From a virus (lineage: Duplodnaviria > Caudoviricetes): 53,431 nucleotides of DNA. Made by a program: the position numbers and the translations under genes. Every line of letters starts with the position of its first letter. The stretch's first letter is position 1. Positions 36,154 through 45,318 of the stretch are shown here, in pieces. The stretch covers positions 1-53,431 of the IMG/VR virus record IMGVR_UViG_3300014152_000002; one strand, 5' to 3'. Under the pieces are notes generated by a model. The model saw nothing but the letters and a program-made list of their open reading frames with translations, was not told where the DNA came from and ran no database searches.

Positions 36154-36229
36154 GTCGCCTCTATCAAGCGTGTTGGCTGAAAGGCCCTAGCGCCGGCTAT
36201 GGACGCGACCAAACAGAAAGGACAGGGTT

Positions 36230-37396
36230 ATGGCCGCTTCCGTAACTCAGGCTAATAATAAACTCATCGTATTCCGTAAGCAGATTTTCCGGGAATACGT
36301 GCGCGAAAACTTGTTCAGCCCCTACATGGGGACGGACATCAATTCGATCATCCGCGTGATCCCCGATCTCGACAAGGGCGGCAAGAACGGCGGCGAGCAG
36401 ATCAACGTCCCGTTGATGGCCCGCCTTCAGGCCCAGGCCATCGCGTCAGGGCCGATGGTCGGAAACGAAGAGGCTCTCGACAACTACGGGATGCGTCTTT
36501 GGATCGATTGGGCGCGCAACGCCGTCGTCATCAACAACGCGGAAGAGCAGAAATCGTCCATCGACCTGTTCGCCGAAGCGAAGCCGATGCTCGTCGATTG
36601 GGGCAAGGAACTCCAGCGCGACGAGATTTGCGACGCCTTCTATGCTCTGCCGGCGCAATCGTCCCCGGCGGGCCTTGGCTCCAACAACGGCCAGCGCGTC
36701 AACGGCCTATTGTTCGACGCGGCCACGGCGGCGCAGCGCAACACCTGGATCACGGACAACGCGGACCGCATCCAGATCGGCCACTCCAACACGGCGAACC
36801 TGTCGGCGGGCAACTTCGCCGCGTCGATGACGGCCATCACCACGACGACGGACGTTATCTCCGGCGCCATTCTGATGACCATGAAGCGCCGCGCGAAGAG
36901 AGCCAACCCGCGCATCCGCCCGTTCAAGCTGAAGGAGAACGGAACGGAGTGGTTCGTGCTCTTCGTCGGGCAGGAACAGTTCCGCGACTTGGCGAACGAC
37001 ACCGACATCAAGACGGCAAACCAGAACTCCCGTGCGCGTGAGCAGCAGGGGTATATGAAGAATCCGATCTTCGTCGATGGCGATTTGCTCTACAACGGCA
37101 TCATCATCCGCGAAATCCCGGAGCTTTCGCTGCGGCTCCCCGTCTTCTATCAGACGGCGGGCGCCGCCAACGTCCAGGTCGCCCCGGCGTTCCTGTGCGG
37201 TCAGCAGGCGCAGGCTTGGTGCTGGGGCAAAATGCCAACCCCGACGTTTAGGAAAGAGGATGATTATCAGTTCCTTCGCGGCGCGGGCCTGAAGATGGCC
37301 TACGGCATTGGCAAGCTCGCCAAGCTGACCCCGGCCAACAACTTCAAGGAATGGGGTGTATTCACTGGTTTTTTCACGGCTATCGCCGACGCGTGA
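36230..37396 (+). CDS. Major capsid protein
   Basis: FREYVREN.FSPYMG, GNEEALD, KNPIF..GDLLYNGIIIREIPE, LCGQQA and DY.F..G. Strong codon bias. Confidence 0.9.
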   Translation: MAASVTQANNKLIVFRKQIFREYVRENLFSPYMGTDINSIIRVIPDLDKGGKNGGEQINVPLMARLQAQAIASGPMVGNEEALDNYGMRLWIDWARNAVVINNAEEQKSSIDLFAEAKPMLVDWGKELQRDEICDAFYALPAQSSPAGLGSNNGQRVNGLLFDAATAAQRNTWITDNADRIQIGHSNTANLSAGNFAASMTAITTTTDVISGAILMTMKRRAKRANPRIRPFKLKENGTEWFVLFVGQEQFRDLANDTDIKTANQNSRAREQQGYMKNPIFVDGDLLYNGIIIREIPELSLRLPVFYQTAGAANVQVAPAFLCGQQAQAWCWGKMPTPTFRKEDDYQFLRGAGLKMAYGIGKLAKLTPANNFKEWGVFTGFFTAIADA

Positions 37397-37458
37397 TGAA
37401 TGACGGCGGCGCGCTGATGCGCCGCCTCTTCCTTCAATTCGAACAGACGAGAAAACCC

Positions 37459-38061
37459 ATGCTGAAAAACTTCCACAAACTCGCGACTGCGCTCGCCATT
37501 GCGATGGCGTTTGTCTTCGCGCCGATCATCTCGGCTAGCGCCTACACAATTGACCCGCAGGTCTACGCCGGGACGAAGATAATCCCGATGCGGACATGCT
37601 CGGCGACGCAGAACGTCTGCTATACCCGCGTAACGGTGAACTTCAACGACCCAAACATCAAGAACGGTATTTGGTTCGCGTCGATTCCGGCGAGCGCTTA
37701 CATCCTGGCCATCGACGCGGACACGACCACCGCGTGGAACGCGACTACGACCAACGTCCTCACGCTTGGCGTAACGCAAGCGAGCGCCAACGAACTCATG
37801 GCGGACTGTGGCACGGCAACCGCGTGTGTCAGCAACAACACAACCACTATCGCGACCGGCGTCGTTCACTTGACGACAGCGGCCGGCCTCGGCGTGGCGG
37901 TGACAGCGAATACGTCGCTCCAAAAAGCCTACAGTTCGTCGGGGACAAGCGTAGTGCCTGCATATCTTGCTCTCTATGCGAAATATACGCAGACCGGCAC
38001 GGCGGCGACGACTGGCTCCACGACCTTCGTTATTACTTGGGCAAAATCGGACGACCAGTAA
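37459..38061 (+). CDS. Capsid decoration/cement-like protein with N-terminal signal peptide
   Basis: Directly after the capsid gene. R.TVNFND......ASIPASAYIL......TTAWNATTTNVLTLG resembles decoration proteins. Starts MLKNFHKLATALAIAMAFVFAPIISASA|Y. Confidence 0.68.
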   Translation: MLKNFHKLATALAIAMAFVFAPIISASAYTIDPQVYAGTKIIPMRTCSATQNVCYTRVTVNFNDPNIKNGIWFASIPASAYILAIDADTTTAWNATTTNVLTLGVTQASANELMADCGTATACVSNNTTTIATGVVHLTTAAGLGVAVTANTSLQKAYSSSGTSVVPAYLALYAKYTQTGTAATTGSTTFVITWAKSDDQ

Positions 38062-38063
38062 AA

Positions 38064-38597
38064 ATGGCCTGGCCGAAAGGGCGTCCTCGGAAGGCGAGAG
38101 TTGATCTCCCGCCTTCCATCACCATTACCGAGGAACCAGATATGCAAGACGAGTTCGAGGAATTTGTGACCTATCTCCCCGGTGAAGGCGATCCGGTTAA
38201 GACCAAATGGCGGGGGGTCGAATTCATTGCCAACATCCCGACTCGCGTTGCGAACAAAGACCACATCGAGGCGGCGCGCGCCAATCGCTTCTACCGCGTC
38301 GGCAATGACGCGCCGCAAGAGAACCCAAACCGAGCGCCGACTGACGCGATGGAATACCGCGGGCATGTCCTCGGATGGATGGAAGGCGTTTCGACGATTG
38401 AGCAGCTCGTCAAGAATTGGGCTCAAGATCGCGACCTCCGGCTGAAATGCGAAATCGGCCACGACGACATCTCCTATCTCGGAACTCTGATTGAGCCGAA
38501 GCTGCGCCAGATGCGGCTGTCGGAGGGCTTGAGCGATGCCCAGACGGCCGAAATATGGATGCGGTATGGCGTTTTTGAATTGCCCTGGAGGGCCTGA
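38064..38597 (+). CDS. Hypothetical head-module protein
   Basis: VTYLPGEGDP...KWRG.EF.AN.P...NRFY.V. Confidence 0.65.
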   Translation: MAWPKGRPRKARVDLPPSITITEEPDMQDEFEEFVTYLPGEGDPVKTKWRGVEFIANIPTRVANKDHIEAARANRFYRVGNDAPQENPNRAPTDAMEYRGHVLGWMEGVSTIEQLVKNWAQDRDLRLKCEIGHDDISYLGTLIEPKLRQMRLSEGLSDAQTAEIWMRYGVFELPWRA

Positions 38598-38983
38598 TGG
38601 TTTCGACGCCGTATTACACAGCGAGCGATCTCGTCACCGAGGCGCTTGCCAATCTCGGCGTCATCGCGGCCGGCCAGACGATTGCACCCGAAGATTTCAA
38701 TTACGTCAACGACCGCCTCGATGCGATATTCCGCAAACTTGGCGCGTTGGAAATCGTCTACGTCGCGGATCCGGGGAACATTCCGGGCGAATTCTTTGTG
38801 GATTTGGCATCTATCGTCGCCGGGGAGTGCGCGACGAAGTTTGGCGCGAGCGCGGACTTCATTGGGCCGCTCATCTCTGCGGGGTTGGGATCGCCGCCAG
38901 GTTCGGGGACGGCTGCGATCTCGCTCAAACAAATGACGCGAGGAAGACCTACGGGAGAAATCTTGCGAACAACATCGTTCTAG
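38597..38983 (+). CDS. Head-tail adaptor, P22 gp4-like
   Basis: T..DLVTEAL.NLGV.AAGQT...ED, plus position and size. Confidence 0.75.
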   Translation: MVSTPYYTASDLVTEALANLGVIAAGQTIAPEDFNYVNDRLDAIFRKLGALEIVYVADPGNIPGEFFVDLASIVAGECATKFGASADFIGPLISAGLGSPPGSGTAAISLKQMTRGRPTGEILRTTSF

Positions 38984-39068
38984 CCTAAGTTATTATGGCG
39001 TAAAGCGAAGCCGCCACTCCCTGCCAGGAGACGACGGCTTCTGACCCTCAACCCGAAGGAACCGGGCG

Positions 39069-39890
39069 ATGGCTGAGATAGACATAGAGCATTTGCCTTT
39101 CACGCGCAAAGAGGCTCTAGAAACCGGATCGAAGCATTTTTTCACCGGCGAGGCATGCGGCAAGGGGCATATCTCGCCAAGGCTCGCATCGAATGGCATA
39201 TGCACCGGCTGCACTCGCGCTTGGTATGCCGCTAACGCAGAGAAGAGCATCGCGGCGGCAAAGGCTTGGCAAGCAGCCAATCCTGAGAGGCTAAAAGAAA
39301 CAAATCGAGCATATCGCCAGGCCAATTCGGATAAGATTCGCGAGAACAATCACGCTTGGCTGGCAGAGAACCAAGAAAGAAACCGTGAAACACAGCGCGC
39401 ATATCGTGCGGCGCATCGGGATAAATATCGGGAACACAACCGATCTTGGACAAAGAATAACCCGGATAAGGTTCGCGAGTCGATTCGTGCTTGCCAAGCA
39501 GCCAAGCCAGAAAAATATCGAGAGATGAAGGCCGCCTATCGTGCATCTCATCCTGAAATGATGAGAAAATGCAGGAAGGCTTGGAAACAGGCCAACCCTG
39601 GCAAGATCGCAGAACTTGACCGCAATCGCCGCGCCCGTAAACGCAATGCCGAAGGCAATCACACAGCAGCCGATGTTGCGCGCATCCGCCAGGCGCAGAA
39701 AGACCACTGCGCCATGCCAGATTGCCGATCAAAGCTGAATGGAGAAGGCCACGTGGATCACATCATCGCGCTCAGTAAGGGAGGATCGAATTGGCCCCGC
39801 AACCTCCAGCTCCTATGCGAGCCGTGCAATCTCTCTAAGAGCGCGCGTGATCCGATTGAATTCGCACAATCGCGTGGGATGCTAATCTAA
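39069..39890 (+). CDS. HNH endonuclease
   Basis: TRKEA...G.KHFFTG..C.KGH...R......C..C, a helical repeat, and C...C......HVDHII.LS.GG.N...NLQLLC..CN.SK. Confidence 0.92.
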   Translation: MAEIDIEHLPFTRKEALETGSKHFFTGEACGKGHISPRLASNGICTGCTRAWYAANAEKSIAAAKAWQAANPERLKETNRAYRQANSDKIRENNHAWLAENQERNRETQRAYRAAHRDKYREHNRSWTKNNPDKVRESIRACQAAKPEKYREMKAAYRASHPEMMRKCRKAWKQANPGKIAELDRNRRARKRNAEGNHTAADVARIRQAQKDHCAMPDCRSKLNGEGHVDHIIALSKGGSNWPRNLQLLCEPCNLSKSARDPIEFAQSRGMLI

Positions 39891-39891
39891 G

Positions 39892-41985
39892 ATGGGCGTA
39901 CAGGCTCCCGTCCCGATTCCGTTCCCGCTTTCTAGCTTTCCTGGCTCAAGCCCTCAAGAGTCTGAAGGGCGTTTGATAAACGCCTATGCGGATTCGTTGG
40001 GCGAGAACGAGCAGAAAAAGTTCAAACTGGTTCGCTCGGCTGGCCTCTCTCTCTTCGCCGCAACGCCTCAGAGCGGCTATCGCGGCGGGATCGCAGTCAA
40101 CGCCATTTCGTTCGAGTGCTGGTCGGGAAACTGCTCGACGGTCGATGCGGCAGGAAATGTGATCTCGCTCGGGGTTCTCCCCGGAACGAGCAAGGTGTCG
40201 CTCGCGCGCAACCAAGCGTCACCTGTCCCTGATGTTGTTGTGGTCGATCCCGCCGATGGGGCTTTCGTCATAGGCAGCGCCGCCGTGACGCCGGCAACCG
40301 CGACGGTGACGATTGGAGGTTCGGTCTTCACCTCCGGTGATGTGGTCACGCTCGACATCCTCAACCCATATCTTTCGGCGACGAACGCCAACGGGTTTCC
40401 TGTCACGATCAGCCATACGCTCGGGGCTGGCGAGACGGCGGCGACGATCGCGGCAGCGCTCAACTCGGCGCTCAACCTAAACGCGGTCCTGATCGCGGCG
40501 AATGTGTCTTCGACGGTGCTCGGCGCCGTCATCACGGTTGACCACCAAGGGTCGGTCGGCAATTCGACGTCCATCGTTGGGGTGGTGACCACGGGAACCG
40601 AGACGATCACGCTCTCTCCCGTGTCTGGCAATTTGACTGGCGGGCAAGGAACCTACGGGGCGTTCACCGGAGCGCCAACCGCTTACACCGGGCAAGGCGC
40701 GATGGCGCAGCCTAACTCGGTGTGCTTCCAAGACGGGTATTTTTTCTTCACCACGGGCGCGGGACAGGTTTACGCCACGGTGTTGAACGGCCTGATTATG
40801 AACGCGCTGACTTACATCACCGTTCAAGCCAAATCCGACGTTGTGCTGTTGCGCAGCATCCCGTTCTCTGGCCTTCTCATGCTGTTCACGACTGGATCAT
40901 GCGAGGTTTGGCAAGACGCGGCGATACCGTCTCCTAACTTCCCATATTCCCGCCTCGTGGTCCTCGACATCGGGCTCATTCAATCATCGGCTATCGCCGG
41001 GTTCGAGACGGGGTTTTCCGAGCTTCTATGGGTGGCGCAAGATTTTGGCGTGCATTGGATGACATCTGGTGCTTTGGCGCACATAAAGGCTTCCCCGCCC
41101 GATCTTGACCGGCTGATAGAGAATGCAGTCGTCGCCGGACAAACAATCGAGGCCGGCTGCTACATCACGGCGGGCAAGAAGTTCTGGACCATCTCGGCGC
41201 CGGGGTGGACGTGGGAATTTAACCTTCAGACGCGGAAATGGACCGAGCGCTGGTCGCTTAATTTGGCTTCGGTTTATGGACGCTGGCGCGCGACGGACGG
41301 CCATCCCGCTTTCGGGAAGTGGCTTGTCGGCGATCAGCAATCAGGCAACGTGCTTTATGCCGACGACAGCAATCCAACCGAAGTCGGAGCGCCGGAACTG
41401 TATCGCGTCGAATCCGGGCCGGTGAAGAAGTTCCCTGCACAACAGCGCGTCGCTCGCGCGGATTTTGATTTTGTGGTCGGCGTCGGCCAGGCCGTTGGAT
41501 CAGTGACAACGAAAGTGCTCGGAACATCGGCGGCGGCAGACGGGGACGTGAAGCTCATCGTGGCATCTACGGCGGGCATGAAAACCGGCGACGTGATCGA
41601 GGTTTCCGGCGTTCTCGGAACGACAGAAGCCAATGGCGTCTGGTCGATCAAAGACCTCGACCTGACGCACATCGAACTGGAAGGCAGCGCCTACGCGAAC
41701 GCCTATGTTTCCGGCGGTAGCGCGGTCGATTTGACCTCCCCGCCGAATGAACAAGCCCCGAGCGTGGCGATTTCAATGAGTAAGGACGGCGGCCAGGATT
41801 GGGGCAATCCGTTGGTGCGACCTCTCGGGAAGCAGGCGGCCGGCGGGCGCGTTCGCGTCTCGGTGACGAACATGGGGCTTGCCGGACCAATGGGCGTGCG
41901 CTGGCGGTTGGATGTGACCGACCCTATCTACGTCAGCTTCCTCGGCGCTACCATGTCATCTGATGTAAGGGCCGTGGGAACATGA
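39892..41985 (+). CDS. Tail hub / DNA-stabilisation protein, P22 gp10-like
   Basis: GRLINAY, SVCFQDGYFFF, TW.FNL.T.KW.ER.S and ISMSKDGG..WGNP..R.LG. Confidence 0.8.
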   Translation: MGVQAPVPIPFPLSSFPGSSPQESEGRLINAYADSLGENEQKKFKLVRSAGLSLFAATPQSGYRGGIAVNAISFECWSGNCSTVDAAGNVISLGVLPGTSKVSLARNQASPVPDVVVVDPADGAFVIGSAAVTPATATVTIGGSVFTSGDVVTLDILNPYLSATNANGFPVTISHTLGAGETAATIAAALNSALNLNAVLIAANVSSTVLGAVITVDHQGSVGNSTSIVGVVTTGTETITLSPVSGNLTGGQGTYGAFTGAPTAYTGQGAMAQPNSVCFQDGYFFFTTGAGQVYATVLNGLIMNALTYITVQAKSDVVLLRSIPFSGLLMLFTTGSCEVWQDAAIPSPNFPYSRLVVLDIGLIQSSAIAGFETGFSELLWVAQDFGVHWMTSGALAHIKASPPDLDRLIENAVVAGQTIEAGCYITAGKKFWTISAPGWTWEFNLQTRKWTERWSLNLASVYGRWRATDGHPAFGKWLVGDQQSGNVLYADDSNPTEVGAPELYRVESGPVKKFPAQQRVARADFDFVVGVGQAVGSVTTKVLGTSAAADGDVKLIVASTAGMKTGDVIEVSGVLGTTEANGVWSIKDLDLTHIELEGSAYANAYVSGGSAVDLTSPPNEQAPSVAISMSKDGGQDWGNPLVRPLGKQAAGGRVRVSVTNMGLAGPMGVRWRLDVTDPIYVSFLGATMSSDVRAVGT

Positions 41986-42203
41986 CGGCAAATCGCAAAG
42001 CCAATCTCCCGCCTGTCTCAGCCCCGTGGGCTGACGGGCGCGGCGTGCCGAGCATCCCATTTGGACAGTGGGCGTCAGCTATCGCAGCGAACATCATCGG
42101 GCCTCTCCCGGCGGCGGCGAACGATGCGGCAGCGGCCAAGGCCGGCGTGCCGATAAATGCTCTCTATCAGGCTTCCGGCGTCGTCAGAATAAGGATCGTC
42201 TAG
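41982..42203 (+). CDS. Small tail-module protein
   Basis: AANDAAAAKAGVPINALY.....VRIR motif. Confidence 0.7.
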   Translation: MTANRKANLPPVSAPWADGRGVPSIPFGQWASAIAANIIGPLPAAANDAAAAKAGVPINALYQASGVVRIRIV

Positions 42204-42205
42204 CC

Positions 42206-43153
42206 ATGAGTTTCCTCAGCAATCTCTTCGGCGGCGCGAATACAGCCGCGGCGGACCAAACCCAAGCGATGCTCGCGGCGATTGGCGCTGGCCAGCAGGG
42301 CGCGCAAACGGCTGACCAACAATTAGCAGCCGCCACGCAGCAGGGCGTCGCCCCTCTTCAGCAGAATTTGACGACCGCAAACCAAGGCGTCACGGGGCTC
42401 GGGAACGCGCTCGGGCTCAACGGCCCGGCTGGCAATCAATCCGCGCTTGCTCAATTGGAGACCACGCCCGGCTATCAGTTCTCGCTTGGACAGGGCAACA
42501 ACCAGATAAACGCGGCGGGCGCGGCGAACGGGACGCTTAATTCCGGCAACCAGCTCACGGCACTGGCGAATTACGGCTCCGGCCTAGCGCAGCAAAACTA
42601 TGGGAACTATGTCAGCCAGCTTCAGCCCTATCTGGGAGCGTCCAACCAAGCGGCGCAAGGCATAGCCGGGATGTATCAAAACCTCGGCAACCAACAGGCC
42701 GGCGTGCAGAACAATCTCACCAATACCGAGATTTCCGCACTCACTGGCGCGGGCAATGCGAACGCAAACGCGGCTCTCGCCAACCAGAACCAAGCGCAGA
42801 GTTTGCTTGGCGGCGCTGGGAAGGCGATAGGTGGGCTATTAGGAACGCCTACAAGTTCGGCGCTTAACCCAACTTATGGGACGAGCCTCCTGACCGGCCT
42901 CGGTTCACTCTTCACTGGAAGCGACGAGCGCATAAAGGACGACATCGAACCCGTCGGAGAGCTTTACGACGGGCAGCAGATTTACCGCTACCGCTACAAG
43001 GGAGAAGATCGGACCAACATCGGGCTTATGGCTCAAGATGTTGAAAACTTATTCCCCGATGCGGTGAGGGAGTTCTCCGGCTATAAGGCCGTGAACTATA
43101 AGGACGCGACTGACTTCGCGGCTCAGCTCGGCGGCCTATTGGAGGCTGCTTGA
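42206..43153 (+). CDS. DNA ejection protein (gp7-like) with C-terminal intramolecular chaperone (peptidase S74-like) domain
   Basis: TPGYQF...QG, SGN.L.AL..YG.GLA.Q; SDERIKDDIEPVG...IYRYRY...GLMAQDVE...PDAV. Confidence 0.75.
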   Translation: MSFLSNLFGGANTAAADQTQAMLAAIGAGQQGAQTADQQLAAATQQGVAPLQQNLTTANQGVTGLGNALGLNGPAGNQSALAQLETTPGYQFSLGQGNNQINAAGAANGTLNSGNQLTALANYGSGLAQQNYGNYVSQLQPYLGASNQAAQGIAGMYQNLGNQQAGVQNNLTNTEISALTGAGNANANAALANQNQAQSLLGGAGKAIGGLLGTPTSSALNPTYGTSLLTGLGSLFTGSDERIKDDIEPVGELYDGQQIYRYRYKGEDRTNIGLMAQDVENLFPDAVREFSGYKAVNYKDATDFAAQLGGLLEAA

Positions 43154-45318
43154 TGGTTGCGCCTTTCGTCGCCGGTCCATCCTACCCGACGCTGGACAAC
43201 ACGCAGCTCGGGACGGCGCTCGGGAACTTGCCGGGAGACTATCGAAAGGCGCAATCCGACCAACTCACGCTGCAACAGCAACAGCAGGAAATCGAGCGAC
43301 AGAGGATTCTTGCCGAGCAGCAAAAGGCGCAACAAACCGCCTTCGCTGGCGGCCTTCCGATGGCCAATGGCCAATTGGATACGGCCAGTTATATGCAGAC
43401 GCTCGCTCAGAAGGGCTTGCTCCCCCCGGACCAAGCGGCGAAGCTGGCGGGCCTTCAGCTAGAGCAGCAGCAATACCAGCCGGCGCCCGCCGATCAATTC
43501 CTTGGCGGCGGCGGTGGCGCTCCACAGGCAGGCGCTCCGCCATCGGCCGGTGGCGACGCTCTTGGGCGCATTGAGGCCGGAATCGCGCGCGTCGAAAGTG
43601 GCGGCGAAAAAGACCCATATCGCGCCATTGGACGGGAGACCGGAAGCGGCGACCGCGCCTATGGCAAATATCAGGTCATGGGCGCCAACATCCCAAAATG
43701 GACCGAGGAGGTTCTTGGCCGCAAGATGACGCGGCAGGAATTTCTCAACGATCCACAGGCTCAGGAAGCTGTCGCTAAGGCAAAACTCGGACAATATCTC
43801 GAAAAATACGGCGACGCCCCGGACGCGGCTTCAATGTGGTTTACCGGCAAGCCCTTAGCGCAAGGAGCGAACCGCAAAGACGTGAACGGTATGACTGGCT
43901 CCCGCTACGCCGAATTGGCGACGGGAACCCAGAATGATGCATCTCCGTCCATCCCCGCCGTCGCGCTGACTGCCGGAAGTTCAATCCCGCGCTCGAATGG
44001 TGGCGCGCAGCCGGCGGGCGATACCGGCGGCATCGGTCTTGGCGCGCGCGCGGCAGGCCTGGGACAAGTTGGTGGCGGTCCGCAACCAACGCTCGGCGCG
44101 GGTCAGACCGTGGCGAGTCTTGCCCAAGGACTATCTCCGAACCAAGCATCGAACCTTGCGAAGGCCATCGGCGCTCCAAACGTCAACGCGCCTCTAAATC
44201 CAGATCAAACCCAAAAGTTGCAGCGCATCATCGCGGGGAACTATGGCGGCGGTCAGGGCCAACAGCCGGCTCAGGGCGGCGCTCAACCGGCCCAATCGCC
44301 ACAGCAAGGCGGGCAGCCCCTCGTCTATCAGCCGCCGCTTGATCGAGGGTTCAAGACGCAGCAGGAAGAAATTGCGGCGGAAACGAAGAGAATTTCCGAG
44401 CTTCGGCAAACGATGAGCAAGCCGGCGCAACAGCGCGCCGACGAGCTTGAAAAGGATCGCGACGCGAGGATCAAGGCAATCTCGCCGCAAACGGTCCATC
44501 CCGGCACACAATTCGTTTCGCCAACGGGAGAAACGCTTTTCGAGGCTCCGACGGCCGGCGAACGCACCTTGGCGGAAAGAAAGGACGAAGCGCACGAAAT
44601 AGCGCAAGGAATTAAAAACGGGACAATTCCGCCAACAGCGGCGACGGGCTACGGAGTTGGGCCGCTAGTTCGGGCTGAACTTGCCAAAGGCGGCGATTAC
44701 AATCTCACCAAAGCCAACCTCGAATATGAGGCGGCGAAAAAGCAAGTAATGTCGCTTAATGGTCCTCAGATGGTCCGATTTAACGCGCTGGCGGAAAGCG
44801 TCGTCAACACGATCGATAGGACGGTTGAGACCTCGAAGGAATTGAGACTTTCTGGCATTCCTCTCGCGAACAAGGTTGAACTTGGCGCGTGGATGCAAGC
44901 GAATGGAAATAGCCCGAAAGGCCAACTTGTCGCAAAATATATGACTGATATCAATACATTGAAGGAAGAATACGCAAACTTGGCGAATGGCGGTTATGCA
45001 CCAACGGAATCGGCGTGGAAGCTGTCGAACATGGTTGTCAACGGCGACTATGGCTCGAAGCAACTTGAGGCGAGCTTAGAAGAAGCGCAGCGCCTTATCA
45101 ATTTCCGACGCGCCGCATTTTCCGATCTTTCCACGATGGGTCCGGGGGCTCCAAACCCATATATGCCGGGACGTGGGGCGGGTGGCGCTGTGCAGCCATC
45201 AACGGAAGGCGGCGCGAGAGGACAAGGCGGCGTTCCCCAACCAGGCCATATCGAGCAAGGCTATCGCTTCAAGGGCGGCGATCCATCTAAGCCTGGAAGC
45301 TGGGAAAAGGCTCAATAA
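43153..45318 (+). CDS. DNA ejection protein with an internal muralytic (lysozyme/SLT-like) domain
   Basis: Gln/Gly-rich. IARVESGG...AYGKYQVM...W...FL.DP.AQ...AAS.WF.G; C-terminal GYRFKGGDP....WEK. Confidence 0.75.
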   Translation: MVAPFVAGPSYPTLDNTQLGTALGNLPGDYRKAQSDQLTLQQQQQEIERQRILAEQQKAQQTAFAGGLPMANGQLDTASYMQTLAQKGLLPPDQAAKLAGLQLEQQQYQPAPADQFLGGGGGAPQAGAPPSAGGDALGRIEAGIARVESGGEKDPYRAIGRETGSGDRAYGKYQVMGANIPKWTEEVLGRKMTRQEFLNDPQAQEAVAKAKLGQYLEKYGDAPDAASMWFTGKPLAQGANRKDVNGMTGSRYAELATGTQNDASPSIPAVALTAGSSIPRSNGGAQPAGDTGGIGLGARAAGLGQVGGGPQPTLGAGQTVASLAQGLSPNQASNLAKAIGAPNVNAPLNPDQTQKLQRIIAGNYGGGQGQQPAQGGAQPAQSPQQGGQPLVYQPPLDRGFKTQQEEIAAETKRISELRQTMSKPAQQRADELEKDRDARIKAISPQTVHPGTQFVSPTGETLFEAPTAGERTLAERKDEAHEIAQGIKNGTIPPTAATGYGVGPLVRAELAKGGDYNLTKANLEYEAAKKQVMSLNGPQMVRFNALAESVVNTIDRTVETSKELRLSGIPLANKVELGAWMQANGNSPKGQLVAKYMTDINTLKEEYANLANGGYAPTESAWKLSNMVVNGDYGSKQLEASLEEAQRLINFRRAAFSDLSTMGPGAPNPYMPGRGAGGAVQPSTEGGARGQGGVPQPGHIEQGYRFKGGDPSKPGSWEKAQ

